DNA from: Catajapyx aquilonaris
Taxonomy: Eukaryota
Direction: 5' to 3'
DNA length: 32,583 nt
Assembly (NCBI GenBank): GCA_000934665.2
Contig: JYFJ02004369.1
Location: 1 to 32,583 of the forward strand
Shown: positions 31,437-32,583 of the stretch, piece by piece
Layout of the letters: every line of letters begins with the position of its first letter
Numbering within the stretch: position 1 is the stretch's first letter
The notes under the pieces: model-generated
What the model was told of the DNA's origin: nothing
Databases searched by the model: none
What the model saw: the letters and a program-made list of their open reading frames with translations, nothing else
Translations under genes and position numbers: made by a program

Positions 31437-32053
31437 TTGCTCTGGCCGAGTGTCCCCTGCTTGGTAAAACCGACTTCAGGTAAAAAAAAAGAAGTCAAAG
31501 GAGCAGGTGAACGAGTCGATCTGCTGCCTGGCACCACGATCAATTCGGGGGGTGGTGCAACAAAGAGGGGCGACAGAGAAGTAAACAAACTGGGAAGACA
31601 GGGTGGCAACCATATAGAAGCAGCAACCGATTCAAACAGACCGCGCAATGCCATTGGGAAGATATAATTTAGCTTGATCAGGCTTGGTGTTCATTAACAG
31701 TAGAAGCAGAATTAAATGATTATAGCTTGTGTTCCATAATAGCAAGGTAAAATAACTTCTATGGGCAAGAACTTTATGTAGAGGAACATTTTGTTCTTCG
31801 GCGCAGACTTCTTGTGCTATTTATTACGTAAGTTAACATTATGGACCATGTAATTATTATGTTTTGGTCTACCGCTTCCACCTTATTTGAAATGCTTCTG
31901 TGAGACCCTCCTTTCACACCACCCGTTTTTCCCAATACCCCACAATTTTTTTAAAAAATGTGTCCAATCCTGCTTGAATCCGATTCCAGGTAGCAGCACT
32001 CTATAGAGCTGCGCGGTATTTGGTTCGATAGGCCTACACCCCGCCTTGTTATT

Positions 32054-32418
32054 ATGAACCGAAGGCCTCCCCCCGCACTGCCAGTTTCGGCGTCGGTGCC
32101 ATGCACTCGGGCCGGTCCAGAGACGCTCTGGCCAATGAAGACCCGTTTTTACGGCATTTTCTGGTCACTCATCGCCTCCTCCACTTTGACCCTCACCTTC
32201 CTCACGTACCAATTGTACAGCAAGTACGACACAATCTCCCGAGTGTACAAGCACCTCACCACACCTGTCGACTATGCTTTGGTGCATTCTCCACATATCA
32301 AGAAGATCCTCTTCTGGAACACCTTCTATGGAGACCCTTACTTCGGATTCGGGCATGGTCAAGAACCGTTTCTCAAGGCAGGGTGTCCAGAAACGCGCTG
32401 CTTTGCGTCGGACGACAG
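32054..32418 (+). CDS. First coding exon of an alpha-(1,3)-fucosyltransferase (GT10 family); the gene continues beyond the window
   Basis: A type II membrane anchor (FYGIFWSLIASSTLTLTFLTY) precedes KKILFWNTFYG..FGFG.G.EPF..AGCP.TRC..SDDR, typical of the arthropod FucT N-terminal catalytic region. Donor AG|GTGCGT at 32419. Start at 32054 or 32135. Confidence 0.75.
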
Positions 32419-32583
32419 GTGCGTTGATTTCAATGTATTGTGCATGGTATATCTAATTAACATGGATTAAGATGGGGAGAAGTTATGGACTGTTTACTCC
32501 AGCAAATCGTTTGAAAAGGAATGACAATCAGAACCACTATTGGTACTTCTCATTTAACTTATTGCTGGAGAAAACAAATAATT

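Overview
This is eukaryotic, intron-containing genomic DNA from an invertebrate, most likely an arthropod; it is not prokaryotic, and there is no CRISPR array or rRNA. From left to right it contains: (1) two tandem single-exon divergent ionotropic chemoreceptor (IR) genes on +; (2) two tandem SPOP/roadkill-like MATH-BTB genes on -; (3) a six-coding-exon gene on - encoding about 827 aa with 18 C2H2 zinc fingers, head-to-head with (4) a four-exon NDUFB10 on +; (5) an 11-exon axonemal dynein intermediate chain gene (DNAI2-like) on -, which reconstructs to about 1093 aa because of an acidic insertion of roughly 450 aa in its C-terminal tail; and (6) the first coding exon of a GT10 alpha-1,3-fucosyltransferase on +. 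Introns and intergenic DNA hold two copies of a tRNA-derived SINE with clear target-site duplications, a second SINE, several TA-flanked MITEs, a foldback made of two mariner transposase 3' ends, and a TTAA-flanked element nested in another MITE. All exon models were built by hand from GT-AG sites and phase consistency and need RNA-seq confirmation. Family assignments come from recognised motifs, not database searches.
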